Shown here: piece after piece, positions 50,164 through 59,551 of the stretch
How positions within the stretch are numbered: position 1 is the first letter of the stretch
Layout: each line of letters begins with the position of its first letter
NCBI GenBank assembly: GCA_003173855.1
Contig: PPGI01000010.1
Span: forward strand, 62,304-126,303
Length of the DNA stretch: 64,000 bases
Source: Candidatus Zambryskiibacteriota bacterium
GTDB taxonomy: Bacteria > Patescibacteriota > Minisyncoccia > Phycocordibacterales > DATDWN01
Direction of reading: 5' to 3'
Notes under the pieces: generated by a model
Seen by the model: only the letters and a program-made list of their open reading frames with translations
What the model was told of the DNA's origin: nothing
The model's database searches: none
Program-made: the position numbers and the translations under genes

Positions 50164-51601
50164 AGATTTTTTTGTTTAAGCAATTTCGACCATCAATGAC
50201 TACTTGAATTCCATATTCACTAAGAAACTTTGGATTTAAAGTTAAAAATTCTCTATGAGCTGTTGCGATAATAATTGCCACAGCTCCAGTTAAGCTTTCG
50301 TCTAAGTTATTTGAGACAATTTCTTTCTTGACATATGGGTCGTACATATCAACATCAAAACCGTTTTGCCTCAATTCTTTATAAATTTCAAAAGATGGGC
50401 TTTCTCGAACATCAGAAATATCAGGCTTGTAAGATGCTCCAAGAACAACCACTTTTCCTTTCTCAATACCTCGTTTTTTTAATTCACGCTTTAGAAGTTT
50501 TATCGTATAACTCGGCATGTAGTTATTGATTTCTCGAGCTTGCATCAAAAATTTGTGTTCAAAACCATTTTTCTTTGCGTGCTCGATTAAGTAATACGGA
50601 TCAACAGGGATGCAGTGGCCGCCCACACCGCAACCTGGATAGTGAGCAAGAAAACTAAATGGTTTTGTCGATGCTCCACGAATTACGTTTACAATATCTA
50701 TACCTAAAACTTCAAATGACATTGCCAATTCATTTACAAAAGCAATGTTGATATCACGAAATGAATTTTCAACAATTTTGACTGCTTCAGCTTCTTTAAT
50801 GGAAGCCATCGGAGTTACTTTTCCTTTGCCTAAGATGCTTCGGTAAAACACTAAAGTTTTTCTAAGGCCTCTCTCATTTAAACTGCCTACAACACGGTTA
50901 ATATTTTCTAATGTCCAAGTGCTGTCGCCAGGATTAATTCGTTCTGGACAATGGGATAAATCAAAATCAATTCCTGCTTTTAATCCTGAACTTTTTTCTA
51001 AAATTGGAAGAACAATTGATTCACAAACACCTGGATTAACTGTTGATTCAATTATTACGAGATCTCCCGGTTTCAATTCTTTTGCAACACTTTTTGATGC
51101 TTCTATTAAAGGAACGAAGTCAGGTTTTGAATTCTCATCGATTGGGGTAGGGACGCAAACAATAATTATTTCTGATTCTCTTAAAAAAATAGGATTAGAA
51201 TTAACAAACAATTTGTTCTTTTTAAGAGAGTATCCAATTTTTTCGTCAACGAAAGGAGAGATTTGCCTTCGAATTAACTCTACTTTTTCTTCGTCAGTGT
51301 CTATTCCGATAACAGAATATCCATTTTCTTTTGCTAAAAGCGCTAAGGGCAAGCCAACATATCCTAAGCCGACAATAGCTACATTCTTATTTTTTACACC
51401 CTCTCTATTTCTTTGCTCCTTATCTTCTAAATTTAAATTTTTTTCGTAAGTCTCATGAATATTAAAATCTTTTATCTCAATCCCTTCGTTCTTTGTTGTT
51501 ACAGTATTCATTTTATTTTTTGTTAAATATTTATTAAAATTTCTCTCAGTATAAAGAAAAAAGATAAAGAATTTATGAAGCATTTGTAAGATTTTCTTCA
51601 T
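50123..51601 (-). CDS. UDP-sugar 6-dehydrogenase family (UDP-GlcNAc/ManNAc or UDP-glucose dehydrogenase)
   Basis: NAD-binding VAIVGLGYVGLPLA and catalytic GGHCIPVDP. The true start may be an internal codon, since the N-terminal ~70 aa are atypical. Confidence 0.7.
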   Translation of the reverse strand: MKKILQMLHKFFIFFLYTERNFNKYLTKNKMNTVTTKNEGIEIKDFNIHETYEKNLNLEDKEQRNREGVKNKNVAIVGLGYVGLPLALLAKENGYSVIGIDTDEEKVELIRRQISPFVDEKIGYSLKKNKLFVNSNPIFLRESEIIIVCVPTPIDENSKPDFVPLIEASKSVAKELKPGDLVIIESTVNPGVCESIVLPILEKSSGLKAGIDFDLSHCPERINPGDSTWTLENINRVVGSLNERGLRKTLVFYRSILGKGKVTPMASIKEAEAVKIVENSFRDINIAFVNELAMSFEVLGIDIVNVIRGASTKPFSFLAHYPGCGVGGHCIPVDPYYLIEHAKKNGFEHKFLMQAREINNYMPSYTIKLLKRELKKRGIEKGKVVVLGASYKPDISDVRESPSFEIYKELRQNGFDVDMYDPYVKKEIVSNNLDESLTGAVAIIIATAHREFLTLNPKFLSEYGIQVVIDGRNCLNKKIFEDSQVSYKGIGR

Positions 51602-51635
51602 CAGTTCGTCATGTTATCTGTGGCACACTGGATAT

Positions 51636-52280
51636 ATGAAAATCTTAATAATTGAAAATGATGAACATTTTCAAAATCTTTTGAAAAAAAATTTTGAATC
51701 CCATGGATTCACTGCAGAAATTGCAAAAACTCGAGAGGAAGGAATAAAATATATAGAAAACAATGAAGAAATTAATCTAATTATTCTTGATTTGTTTTCT
51801 GAAGAGGGAATATCAGCAGAAGTTTTTTGTAAAAAAATAAAATCAACAAATTTAAATCTACCAATTCTTGTTTTAAGTAAAGAATATGAAATGGTAGACG
51901 TAATGAAGGTCCTTGAAAATGGAGCCGATGACTATCTAGTCAAGCCTTTTTCAATTGATGAATTGATATCCAAGGCAGAAGGCATGCTTATGGTAAAAAA
52001 AGAGAATAATGAGGAAACAAAAGATGAAAAGAATGAAGTTGTCATCGAAGACATTCATTTAACTCCAAAGGAGGAAGCAATTTTTAACTTTCTTGCCCAT
52101 CATCCAAATGAAGTTTTATCTCGAGACACTATATTTGAGAATGTTTGGACATTTGATTCACGATCCATATCGAATGTAATTGATGTCCATATGAAGAATC
52201 TGCGCAAAAAATTTAAGCGCTCAGGAAAAAAGAATGTGATAGAGACAGTTTGGGGGCTAGGGTACAGGTTTTCAAGGTAA
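51636..52280 (+). CDS. OmpR-family response regulator, divergent from the EPS operon
   Basis: Receiver domain with a long acidic linker, then a winged helix. Confidence 0.75.
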   Translation: MKILIIENDEHFQNLLKKNFESHGFTAEIAKTREEGIKYIENNEEINLIILDLFSEEGISAEVFCKKIKSTNLNLPILVLSKEYEMVDVMKVLENGADDYLVKPFSIDELISKAEGMLMVKKENNEETKDEKNEVVIEDIHLTPKEEAIFNFLAHHPNEVLSRDTIFENVWTFDSRSISNVIDVHMKNLRKKFKRSGKKNVIETVWGLGYRFSR

Positions 52281-52317
52281 AAAGCTCTTCATAAATTGAA
52301 TATTAAATTATAATTAA

Positions 52318-52339
52318 TTATTAACAGGTTATTAACAGG
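52318..52339 (+). promoter_or_regulatory. Tandem 11-bp repeats TTATTAACAGG x2
   Basis: Directly after the RR stop and about 100 bp upstream of the 52441 gene. Confidence 0.45.
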
Positions 52340-52440
52340 TTATCCCTAAAAAATAATTTGACTTCGAAAATTTTTTAAAATAGCATATTAATATTAGATT
52401 AAAAAATCTAATGTAAAAAATTAAAAAATAATTAAAAAAT

Positions 52441-52707
52441 ATGTTAAAGAGAATACAATCAAAAGCACAAAGTTGGGTATCGAATCACAATAAAAGATTA
52501 GGAGATGCAAAAAGCCTGCGCAGGTTAACAATGTGTAAAAAATGTTTTACATTTTATTATAAAAATTCTTGGCACTTTGAAAAACCTGCATATCTTGAAA
52601 CAGAGGACGAGAGGGAAATTCCAGTTAGATTCACTCAGTGTCCTGCATGTTTAGAGCAGGAAATGTCATTTTATGAGATGGAATCTGATTTAGCATTAGG
52701 TTTTTAA
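52441..52707 (+). CDS. Hypothetical Zn-ribbon-like protein (CKKC...CPAC)
   Basis: 88 aa with four Cys in two CxxC pairs. Confidence 0.45.
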   Translation: MLKRIQSKAQSWVSNHNKRLGDAKSLRRLTMCKKCFTFYYKNSWHFEKPAYLETEDEREIPVRFTQCPACLEQEMSFYEMESDLALGF

Positions 52708-52721
52708 ATTAATAAAAATAT

Positions 52722-52871
52722 ATGTTATTAACAATTGCTGCAATATTGGTCATTCTATGGTTGCTTGGTGTAGTTACAAGCTACACAGTTGGTGGCTTTA
52801 TCCATGTTCTTTTGGTCATCGCCATAATTATGGTACTGATTAGAATCATCCAAGGCAGAAGTGTTGTCTAA
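52722..52871 (+). CDS. lmo0937-family small membrane protein (49 aa)
   Basis: MLLTIAAILVILWLLGVVTSYTVGGFIHVLLVIAIIMVLIRIIQGR matches the family pattern. Terminator at 52890. Confidence 0.55.
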   Translation: MLLTIAAILVILWLLGVVTSYTVGGFIHVLLVIAIIMVLIRIIQGRSVV

Positions 52872-52938
52872 ATTCAAATCTCCTAGAAAAAACACCAGTC
52901 GTCATGGTGTTTTTTCGTGCTTTCTATATAATAATTAG

Positions 52939-53508
52939 GTGAAAAGCAAGAATAAAATAAAATATTCTATAATTAGTGTTTGGGTAGTTTTTATTTTAGG
53001 TTCGCTTTACTTCTATTTTTTTGATAACAACTTTTTATCATCAAAATTTGAATCAATTTCTGGGTCATCAATAATATTAGGCTATATTATTTTTCTAATT
53101 GCAGGTTGTCTTCGTGGTTTTACCTTAATCCCTGTGACTTATTTTATATTTGCCGGCGTTTTATTATTTCCATTTTGGCCATTATACATGATGATATTGA
53201 TCGGGGTTTTTGCATCTTCTATTTGTGTCTATTATTTTTCACATTATCTTGATTTTGATTCATATTTTGAAAAAAAATATCCAAAACAAATTGAAAAAAT
53301 AAAAGATGTCTTAAAGCGTCATGAATTGCCAATTGTCATTTTTTGGAGTTTTGCGCCATTTTTACCAACTGACCTAATCTGTTATGTTTGCGGAACATTG
53401 AAAATCGATGTCAGAAAATTTATTCTCGGCGTAATGATAGGGGAAGGAGTTTCCTGTTTAGGATATGTTTTTATTGGCAAGCAAATACTCAATGTAATAA
53501 AAATGTAA
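52939..53508 (+). CDS. DedA/TVP38-family membrane protein
   Basis: Multi-TM protein with a DedA-like core. Confidence 0.5.
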   Translation: MKSKNKIKYSIISVWVVFILGSLYFYFFDNNFLSSKFESISGSSIILGYIIFLIAGCLRGFTLIPVTYFIFAGVLLFPFWPLYMMILIGVFASSICVYYFSHYLDFDSYFEKKYPKQIEKIKDVLKRHELPIVIFWSFAPFLPTDLICYVCGTLKIDVRKFILGVMIGEGVSCLGYVFIGKQILNVIKM

Positions 53509-54062
53509 TGCCCAAGGGAGTTCTATTTTTTAAAAATGCCTTAGTCGGAAAAAAAGTTGGAGCAATTGCTCGAAGTTCTAAATATGTTATTTCTCAAGTT
53601 TCGAAAAATATAGATGATTTAAAATTGGAAACTATTGTTGAATACGGCCCTGGAGATGGAGTTTTAACAATTGAATTGCTAAAGAAACTTCGAACTAATG
53701 GGAAAATGCTTGTCGTTGAGAACGACGAAAATTTTATTAAAAGTTTAAAAAAAATAAATGATTCTCGTTTAACTATTATTAAAGGAAAAATGGAAGATGT
53801 TTCAAAAAATTTAGCAACCTATGGCTTCGGAAATTGTGATCTAATTATTTCCAGCGTACCATTTTCATTAATACCAAAAAAGGATAGGGAAGAGATGGTA
53901 AAAAAAAGTTGCGACTCAATTACTCAAGATGGAAAATTTATAATTTTTCATCAATATTCGTTTTTAATGGAAAGAATGTTAGAAAAATATTTTAGAAATG
54001 TGATGACTGATTTTGAACCAAGAAATATTTTGCCGTGTTTTATAATGACTGCTTGGAAATAG
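53508..54062 (+). CDS. Class I SAM-dependent methyltransferase (small, rRNA/phospholipid MTase-like)
   Basis: Motif I VEYGPGDGVLT. ATG 53508 overlaps the upstream stop. The ORF track lists a longer 53388 start. Confidence 0.55.
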   Translation: MPKGVLFFKNALVGKKVGAIARSSKYVISQVSKNIDDLKLETIVEYGPGDGVLTIELLKKLRTNGKMLVVENDENFIKSLKKINDSRLTIIKGKMEDVSKNLATYGFGNCDLIISSVPFSLIPKKDREEMVKKSCDSITQDGKFIIFHQYSFLMERMLEKYFRNVMTDFEPRNILPCFIMTAWK

Positions 54063-54159
54063 ATTTTCCTTTAAATCTCTTATACACCATAACTTTTTCG
54101 TCACTGGAATATTTTTCTGCTGAAAATTTCCTCGCACTCGCCTCTACACGGGCTCCGTG

Positions 54160-54196
54160 ATGAAAAGAAAGCGCTGGTGCCTGTAGCACCAGCGCT
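54160..54196 (-). terminator. Terminator for the 54270 gene (AGCGCTGGTGC ctgta GCACCAGCGCT)
   Basis: Perfect 11-bp stem with TTCTTTTCAT on the minus strand. Confidence 0.5.
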
Positions 54197-54269
54197 CGTG
54201 TGAGTTTGTCGAACATCTGTCGACTAAACCCACGAAAGAACATCCCAAAAAGAACTTCTAGCGAACTAA

Positions 54270-55499
54270 CTACCACTTCTTGTCTCCGCCCTTGTCTCCG
54301 CCGTGATCTCCACCTTTGTCACCACCGTGATCGGGTGGTGGAGCGGGAGTTGGGTTTGGAGGCTGGACCTGTGGTGTGGCCTTTGCCTCATTGTTATTGT
54401 TGTTCGAATTCGAATTCTTTGACACAGCGTCTGAACTCGAATCTGCTCCGGCGGCTGCGCCGGCTGAGACTTTGCCGACATTTCCGCCATCTGCTTTTGA
54501 TTCGCCTCCAGTTGCCGTAACGTTTCCGTTTTTGGCACTTGAGTTTGAATTTGACTCTCCACCATTGCCGACACCGTTTGCGGTAACAGCTCCATTGGTG
54601 GCGTTGGCTTGTCCGCCGTTTGCCTGTGAGCTCGAACTTCCGTTAGCGCTCACATTACCGTTACTCGCACTCGCCTGTCCGCCGTTTGCTTGTCCACCAT
54701 TTGCTGTGTTGTTTACAACAACTGATGGTCCGCTCGATCCAGATCCGGTAGAACCCGAACTCGAGCTTGAAGTCGATGACGAACTTGAACTGGTTGCAGA
54801 CGCGCTGCCACCAGCTCCGCCTTGACCGCCTGTTGCATTTGCCGACGCTCCGGTCTGCGTTTGATTTACGTTGACAACTGGCGCCGGAATTTTCCCGATC
54901 GCTGTGGTCATCATTGACCCGATTTTCTGGGTCTGACCGGCGAGCGTTTTTCGAACAGCATCGACAGATGCTGTGTTGGCATTCACCGCATCGTAAATCT
55001 TGCCAGTGTTGTGAGCAGTGACAAGATTTGCGTATGCAGAGATTCCACCTTCGACTGTAAGAGCAAACAACCACTTGTTCGCTGTGCTTGTTGAGCCAGC
55101 GATTCGCTCTTGAGCACGTCGGCTTCGATCAGCGATTTCGTTACCACGCTTCAACTCTTCAACCACTGCAGTTGAATCGAAATTCACTTGCGGTGGTGGC
55201 GTTGCTCTCTGCAGAAGCAGAGCGAGTGCATCTCCAGTAAACGCTGGTTGCACTGGTGCCTGCGGATTTTCCACGTGGTTCTCGATCACGATCACAGGTG
55301 CGGCCGGGTGTTCCGCGGCAATGACTTCTGCTTTGGCACGCGCTCGACCACTTGTGACCGGTTTCTTTGCTTGTGTGCAGTCAACCTGAACAGTGATCTT
55401 TGATCCGTCCGGACAGGTGACTGTTGTCGGAGTGAGCTGAGCTTCCGCAAGATTTGAACTTGCGAATGCGAGCACGATAACGAGCCAGAGTTTCCTCAT
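54270..55499 (-). CDS. Secreted protein with a long Gly/Ser/Asn/Ala low-complexity region and a C-terminal HGGDKGGD repeat
   Basis: Signal peptide MRKLWLVIVLAFASSNLAEA. GC near 50%. Confidence 0.5.
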   Translation of the reverse strand: MRKLWLVIVLAFASSNLAEAQLTPTTVTCPDGSKITVQVDCTQAKKPVTSGRARAKAEVIAAEHPAAPVIVIENHVENPQAPVQPAFTGDALALLLQRATPPPQVNFDSTAVVEELKRGNEIADRSRRAQERIAGSTSTANKWLFALTVEGGISAYANLVTAHNTGKIYDAVNANTASVDAVRKTLAGQTQKIGSMMTTAIGKIPAPVVNVNQTQTGASANATGGQGGAGGSASATSSSSSSTSSSSSGSTGSGSSGPSVVVNNTANGGQANGGQASASNGNVSANGSSSSQANGGQANATNGAVTANGVGNGGESNSNSSAKNGNVTATGGESKADGGNVGKVSAGAAAGADSSSDAVSKNSNSNNNNNEAKATPQVQPPNPTPAPPPDHGGDKGGDHGGDKGGDKKW

Positions 55500-55510
55500 A
55501 GTTTCCTCTG

Positions 55511-56836
55511 CTATTGGACTAGCCCTAGAAGGGCAGCTGTTTGTCTTTGCTCCTTCTCAATTTTGTGGCGGATAAATCCACTCAAAACTGGAAGAGTTCC
55601 TTCGACTACTCCACTTACACCCCCGGTTGAGATTCCCAGTGCAACTGGAACACCGTAGGTTAAAGTTCCAAAGAGTAGTTTAGAGCCGAACGATTGTTGA
55701 CTCGGGTAAGTTGCGAGGAGTTTTCCATAACGCTTTTTTGATACGCTAGGAATTTTTTCCTCTTTGACTTTGGTTGCGTGATCTCGAAGGTCATTACTTC
55801 CGATTTCTGCAAAACGTTCTCCTCCGTGGTCAAAGACCACAGAAGAAGATTCTTGCACCGGAAGATCACGTGTCAGAACAACCTTGATTGCGTAGTTTCC
55901 ATCAGCGGTGTTCTCGATGATGGTAACTGTTTCTTTCCGATGCCAATTTCCATTCTCGTCTTTTGAAACGAGAAGTAGCGCCGGATGAGGTCCTTCTTTT
56001 ACGTCACGAAATTCTTTTCCACTAATGCGAATTTCGTAAACGCCCTTCTTTATAATTTTCAGTGAAGTTTTAGTTTCCGAAGCTATCACTCCACTACCAT
56101 CTTCGGATTTTGGATCCGGAGTCCTTTCCACTTCAGCACGAACATCATTCGTTCTGAAGGAGACCGAAACTGATCTTCCAAACGTTCCTGAGACGTACTC
56201 GGGAGCATTTGGTGTTTCCTCTACTGTCGTACCAGATTCAGGTGCCTGGGAAGTAACTTGGACAGTAGACTTCTCTGGCGAAACCTTTCGGGGTTTGCTT
56301 TGCACTTTACGTGCTACCTGAATTTTTTCTGGGTGCGGCAGATTGAACAAATCGCATGGAATCACAAGAGTCCAACCCACTTCGATGTGGTTTGGATTCC
56401 GGATCTCTACGATCCGTGATCCCACTTGCCTTGAAATAATATGGTAAGCGGAGAGCTCACCATAATAATCAAGAGCAATTTGTCCAAGCGTATCACCTTT
56501 GACCACTTCTCGTTCCAAGTTGCTGCAAGCATCTGGAGTAAGAGGTGTATCGGTGCTCTTCTTTGATGCTCCGGCTCTGCGGGCTTCAAGTTCTGCAAGA
56601 GCGGGGGCATCAATCTTTCTCTGTTGGGCTTTTCCTAATTCAAGTCCACCACCAAAGCCCAGCGCAAGAATTATTGCAGCAAGAACTGTTGCTGCAAGCG
56701 CTGAACCCAAAATGGTCTGCTTGATTCGTTCCCAACGGAGCCTTTCTCGGATCCTTGCCCATCTGTTTTCTACTACGATTACAGAGGGATTCTTACGGAC
56801 ACTCATTTGTCCACTCCTTCCCGAAAGTTTCGGCAA
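55511..56836 (-). CDS. LysM-domain membrane protein
   Basis: Cytoplasmic N-terminus, one TM helix, LysM (VKGDTLGQIALDYYG...GWTLVIP), and a C-terminal Gly-rich hydrophobic segment. Confidence 0.55.
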   Translation of the reverse strand: MPKLSGRSGQMSVRKNPSVIVVENRWARIRERLRWERIKQTILGSALAATVLAAIILALGFGGGLELGKAQQRKIDAPALAELEARRAGASKKSTDTPLTPDACSNLEREVVKGDTLGQIALDYYGELSAYHIISRQVGSRIVEIRNPNHIEVGWTLVIPCDLFNLPHPEKIQVARKVQSKPRKVSPEKSTVQVTSQAPESGTTVEETPNAPEYVSGTFGRSVSVSFRTNDVRAEVERTPDPKSEDGSGVIASETKTSLKIIKKGVYEIRISGKEFRDVKEGPHPALLLVSKDENGNWHRKETVTIIENTADGNYAIKVVLTRDLPVQESSSVVFDHGGERFAEIGSNDLRDHATKVKEEKIPSVSKKRYGKLLATYPSQQSFGSKLLFGTLTYGVPVALGISTGGVSGVVEGTLPVLSGFIRHKIEKEQRQTAALLGLVQ

Positions 56837-56873
56837 GAGCCTCTATCATCAACTTGTTTCCACTTAATAAAAC

Positions 56874-56892
56874 TGTCCCGGTTCCGGCAACA
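56874..56892. repeat. 19-bp direct repeat TGTCCCGGTTCCGGCAACA (copy 1)
   Basis: Exact 19/19 match with copy 2, 90 bp away, in the promoter region of the LysM gene. Confidence 0.6.
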
Positions 56893-56963
56893 GCTCATCT
56901 CATGGTCATTTTTGAAGATTTTGGTTTCCCGCACTTTCGAGATTCTTTTCTTTGTTTGTGTGA

Positions 56964-56982
56964 TGTCCCGGTTCCGGCAACA
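56964..56982. repeat. 19-bp direct repeat TGTCCCGGTTCCGGCAACA (copy 2)
   Basis: Exact 19/19 match with copy 1. Confidence 0.6.
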
Positions 56983-57066
56983 AAACACTATTTAAAGAAA
57001 GGAATGTACGAAAGAGTTTCCGCTTTCAAACGTTGATGTCGTGATTGTGGTTGTTAGGTCGCTTTC

Positions 57067-57777
57067 TTAGGCTGTCGGCGAGATTGCTCGAGCTGTTCTC
57101 TGCGATCTCGGTTTTCCAACCGTTCCGAGAACGATCTGCTCAGTCATATTCAAACGTGCTGACCAAGCAACTTCCACGTCTTCCTCGAGATTTTGGTTTT
57201 CGCTTGCTTTAAACAGTACTCGAGGATCACCATTTTTGATGAAGAAATCTGCGTTAGCGAACTTTCCTTTACCTGGATCTGCATTTAGAACAAACCTACA
57301 GTACACAGGTTTTTGCCCCTGAGCATAGTAGAAAGCTTTGATTTGCTCAAGTTCGGGATTTGTTATCCGAACTTTTTTTGTGTTCATGTAGATCAGTACT
57401 CCGAGAATAGTAGTAAGTATCAGAGTAATGATACTGCTGAACACAACTACATAATTTCTCGTTGACTGACTTTCTTCCCTGACCAGTTTTTCGATTCTGG
57501 TCAATCGATCGTTAGTTTTTTTCTCGAGAGCGACTTGTGAAGTCGAGAGCTGTTTTGCTCTAGTCTCACTTTTTTTGTCGATTTCATGAACCTCACTCGT
57601 CAGATCTTTTTTGACGGTGTTCAGATTTCGACGAGCTTCGGCCCGAACCGAATTGAGTTGCCGTACTGTGACGGCTTCGTCAGCTTCCGGTCTTCGAGCG
57701 TGCTGTGCCTCGAGCCTCGTATTTATTGCGAGGCAGGCAAGAATCGTGATGGTCGCGATCGTCAGTCTGCTTCGCAT
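57067..57777 (-). CDS. Hypothetical coiled-coil protein with a signal peptide and an internal TM helix
   Basis: SD GGAGAG before ATG. Coiled-coil region, then VVVFSSIITLILTTILGVLIY TM. GC near 50%. Confidence 0.5.
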   Translation of the reverse strand: MRSRLTIATITILACLAINTRLEAQHARRPEADEAVTVRQLNSVRAEARRNLNTVKKDLTSEVHEIDKKSETRAKQLSTSQVALEKKTNDRLTRIEKLVREESQSTRNYVVVFSSIITLILTTILGVLIYMNTKKVRITNPELEQIKAFYYAQGQKPVYCRFVLNADPGKGKFANADFFIKNGDPRVLFKASENQNLEEDVEVAWSARLNMTEQIVLGTVGKPRSQRTARAISPTA

Positions 57778-57946
57778 TTTCTCTCCAATTCAAAATGACG
57801 GCTAAAGGCTAGGCCTTGCCGTGTTTGTCAAAGAAACCCTAAAAATTATCACATGAGTCAAATGAATGAATCATGAATAATTTTAATCTATATTTATTAT
57901 TTTTTTAGGTTTGTCCACTCCAAAAAAACCAAAATTTATGGCTTAA

Positions 57947-58918
57947 TTATTGGGTTTGATGGTCGTAAACTAGCCTTGAAATATCAGAAATATTTTTAGA
58001 AAGAATATTAAAATCCTGGCCACTTGTCATAACACAAAGAATGTAAGGGTTTTTATCATAAACAATTCCGCAATCATGCAGTTCTTTTTTTATTAGATTT
58101 CCGTTTGTATCAAATACTTGTCTTTCTCCAAATTTGTCAGCAATATCAATTGTTTCCGGTATTCCAGACCTTAGGCCTTGAGGGAAATCTTTGTAAGTCA
58201 TTAACTGCAAGATTTTTTCGGAATTTTCACGATTTATATAAGTACTATTGTAAAGAACACGTAAAAAAAGAGCATAAGTTCGTGTCGACATAAAATCTAA
58301 GGAGTCATTTGGAATATTGATATTCAAATCTTTGTACAATTCAGATAGTGAGTTAGCATTTATATTTTCGTGAAGAACAGTTAATGCGTTATTATCTGAA
58401 TAATCCAAAACGTAAGTAATCAGATCATCGAGAGTGTAAGATTTTCCAGGCACGATTTCTTTTTCAGGTTTAAAATATTCGGCTTGGTTATTATCAAATG
58501 AACCATCATAAGTAAATCTTTGTTTAAGAATTTCTGGATGAGATTCCGAATATTTTAGCGTATCAACGACTGTTGGAACTTTAAGCATACTTGCAGGAGA
58601 AAATGATTTGTTCATATCATATCCTGCCCAACCACTGCCTGAAAGACTTAGATAATAGATTGAAATGTTATTAGACGGATTTTTTGAAACATAATCTTTA
58701 AGTAGGGTGGAAAGATTTGTGTCTTCGTTATAAGAACGAGGTATATCAATGTTGCAGAGGAGAACAGGGTTAATGTATTTGTAACCACTTTCACGCAAAA
58801 CTTTAGGACGGATAATAAGAGGAGGTTTAATGATGTAACCAATACTTCCTCCGATTAAAAAAAAGACGCCATACAGTGCCCAAGTCCAAAAAGCTTTTCT
58901 TTTTATGAAAGTTATCAT
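57947..58918 (-). CDS. Class A beta-lactamase-like serine hydrolase (membrane anchored)
   Basis: SPASMLK (SxxK), YSDNNA (SDN), and KFG in place of KTG. N-terminal TM. Confidence 0.55.
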   Translation of the reverse strand: MITFIKRKAFWTWALYGVFFLIGGSIGYIIKPPLIIRPKVLRESGYKYINPVLLCNIDIPRSYNEDTNLSTLLKDYVSKNPSNNISIYYLSLSGSGWAGYDMNKSFSPASMLKVPTVVDTLKYSESHPEILKQRFTYDGSFDNNQAEYFKPEKEIVPGKSYTLDDLITYVLDYSDNNALTVLHENINANSLSELYKDLNINIPNDSLDFMSTRTYALFLRVLYNSTYINRENSEKILQLMTYKDFPQGLRSGIPETIDIADKFGERQVFDTNGNLIKKELHDCGIVYDKNPYILCVMTSGQDFNILSKNISDISRLVYDHQTQ

Positions 58919-58959
58919 AAATTCACATTCATTCTAATGTGAATATTTTATATTCGCAA

Positions 58960-59550
58960 CTAACTTTCAATTAATTTTGTATAGACGACTATCCTGTGAT
59001 CATCAGTTTTTTCAGCAGGAATCCAATTTCCATCACAAGTAATTAAATTGAGATATCGATCCCCGTTTCGGTTAAAAAGTATTTCGAGCGGTACATCTTT
59101 ATAATAATAATTTTGAATATCAAAGACTTTGAATTTTAATTTTCTGCCATTTTTTGCTTGAACATAAACTATATCCCCTGGAACCAATTTTTTTAAATTA
59201 ATAAAAACTGCCGGTATTCCTAGGCCATTATCAACATGCCCATCAATAACTGCGCTGCCAAGTTCTCCTGGCACTGTGCCGTATTTGTACCATCCTGTGT
59301 CAGCAAATTTTTTTGGTGTAGACATATTGCCTTTAAATGTAATGCCGACTTCTTCAACTACTGCATTAACATTTATTTTCGGAATAATAATTTGAATAGG
59401 GTGAGATACAGAAAAAGAAACGCTCTGAGCTGTTTGGGCCACAGGCGTTTCTTCTTGTGGGGAATAATATGTTGAACGAATTACAGTTACTGTCCCGATA
59501 ATTATTCCGAGAATGGCTATACTTATTCCAATTACTTTTTTCTGCATCAA
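58960..59550 (-). CDS. Sortase (transpeptidase)
   Basis: N-terminal TM. Catalytic His in AVIDGHV and Cys in LITCDG. Confidence 0.75.
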   Translation of the reverse strand: MMQKKVIGISIAILGIIIGTVTVIRSTYYSPQEETPVAQTAQSVSFSVSHPIQIIIPKINVNAVVEEVGITFKGNMSTPKKFADTGWYKYGTVPGELGSAVIDGHVDNGLGIPAVFINLKKLVPGDIVYVQAKNGRKLKFKVFDIQNYYYKDVPLEILFNRNGDRYLNLITCDGNWIPAEKTDDHRIVVYTKLIES

Positions 59551-59551
59551 C

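Noticed and set aside
54040-55074. Several minus and plus ORFs (54040-54276, 54266-54595, 54376-54825, 54661-55074) overlapping the 409-aa secreted-protein gene
   Set aside because: Alternative-frame or antisense reads of a GC-rich, low-complexity gene. The 54270-55499 frame has a signal peptide and consistent composition.
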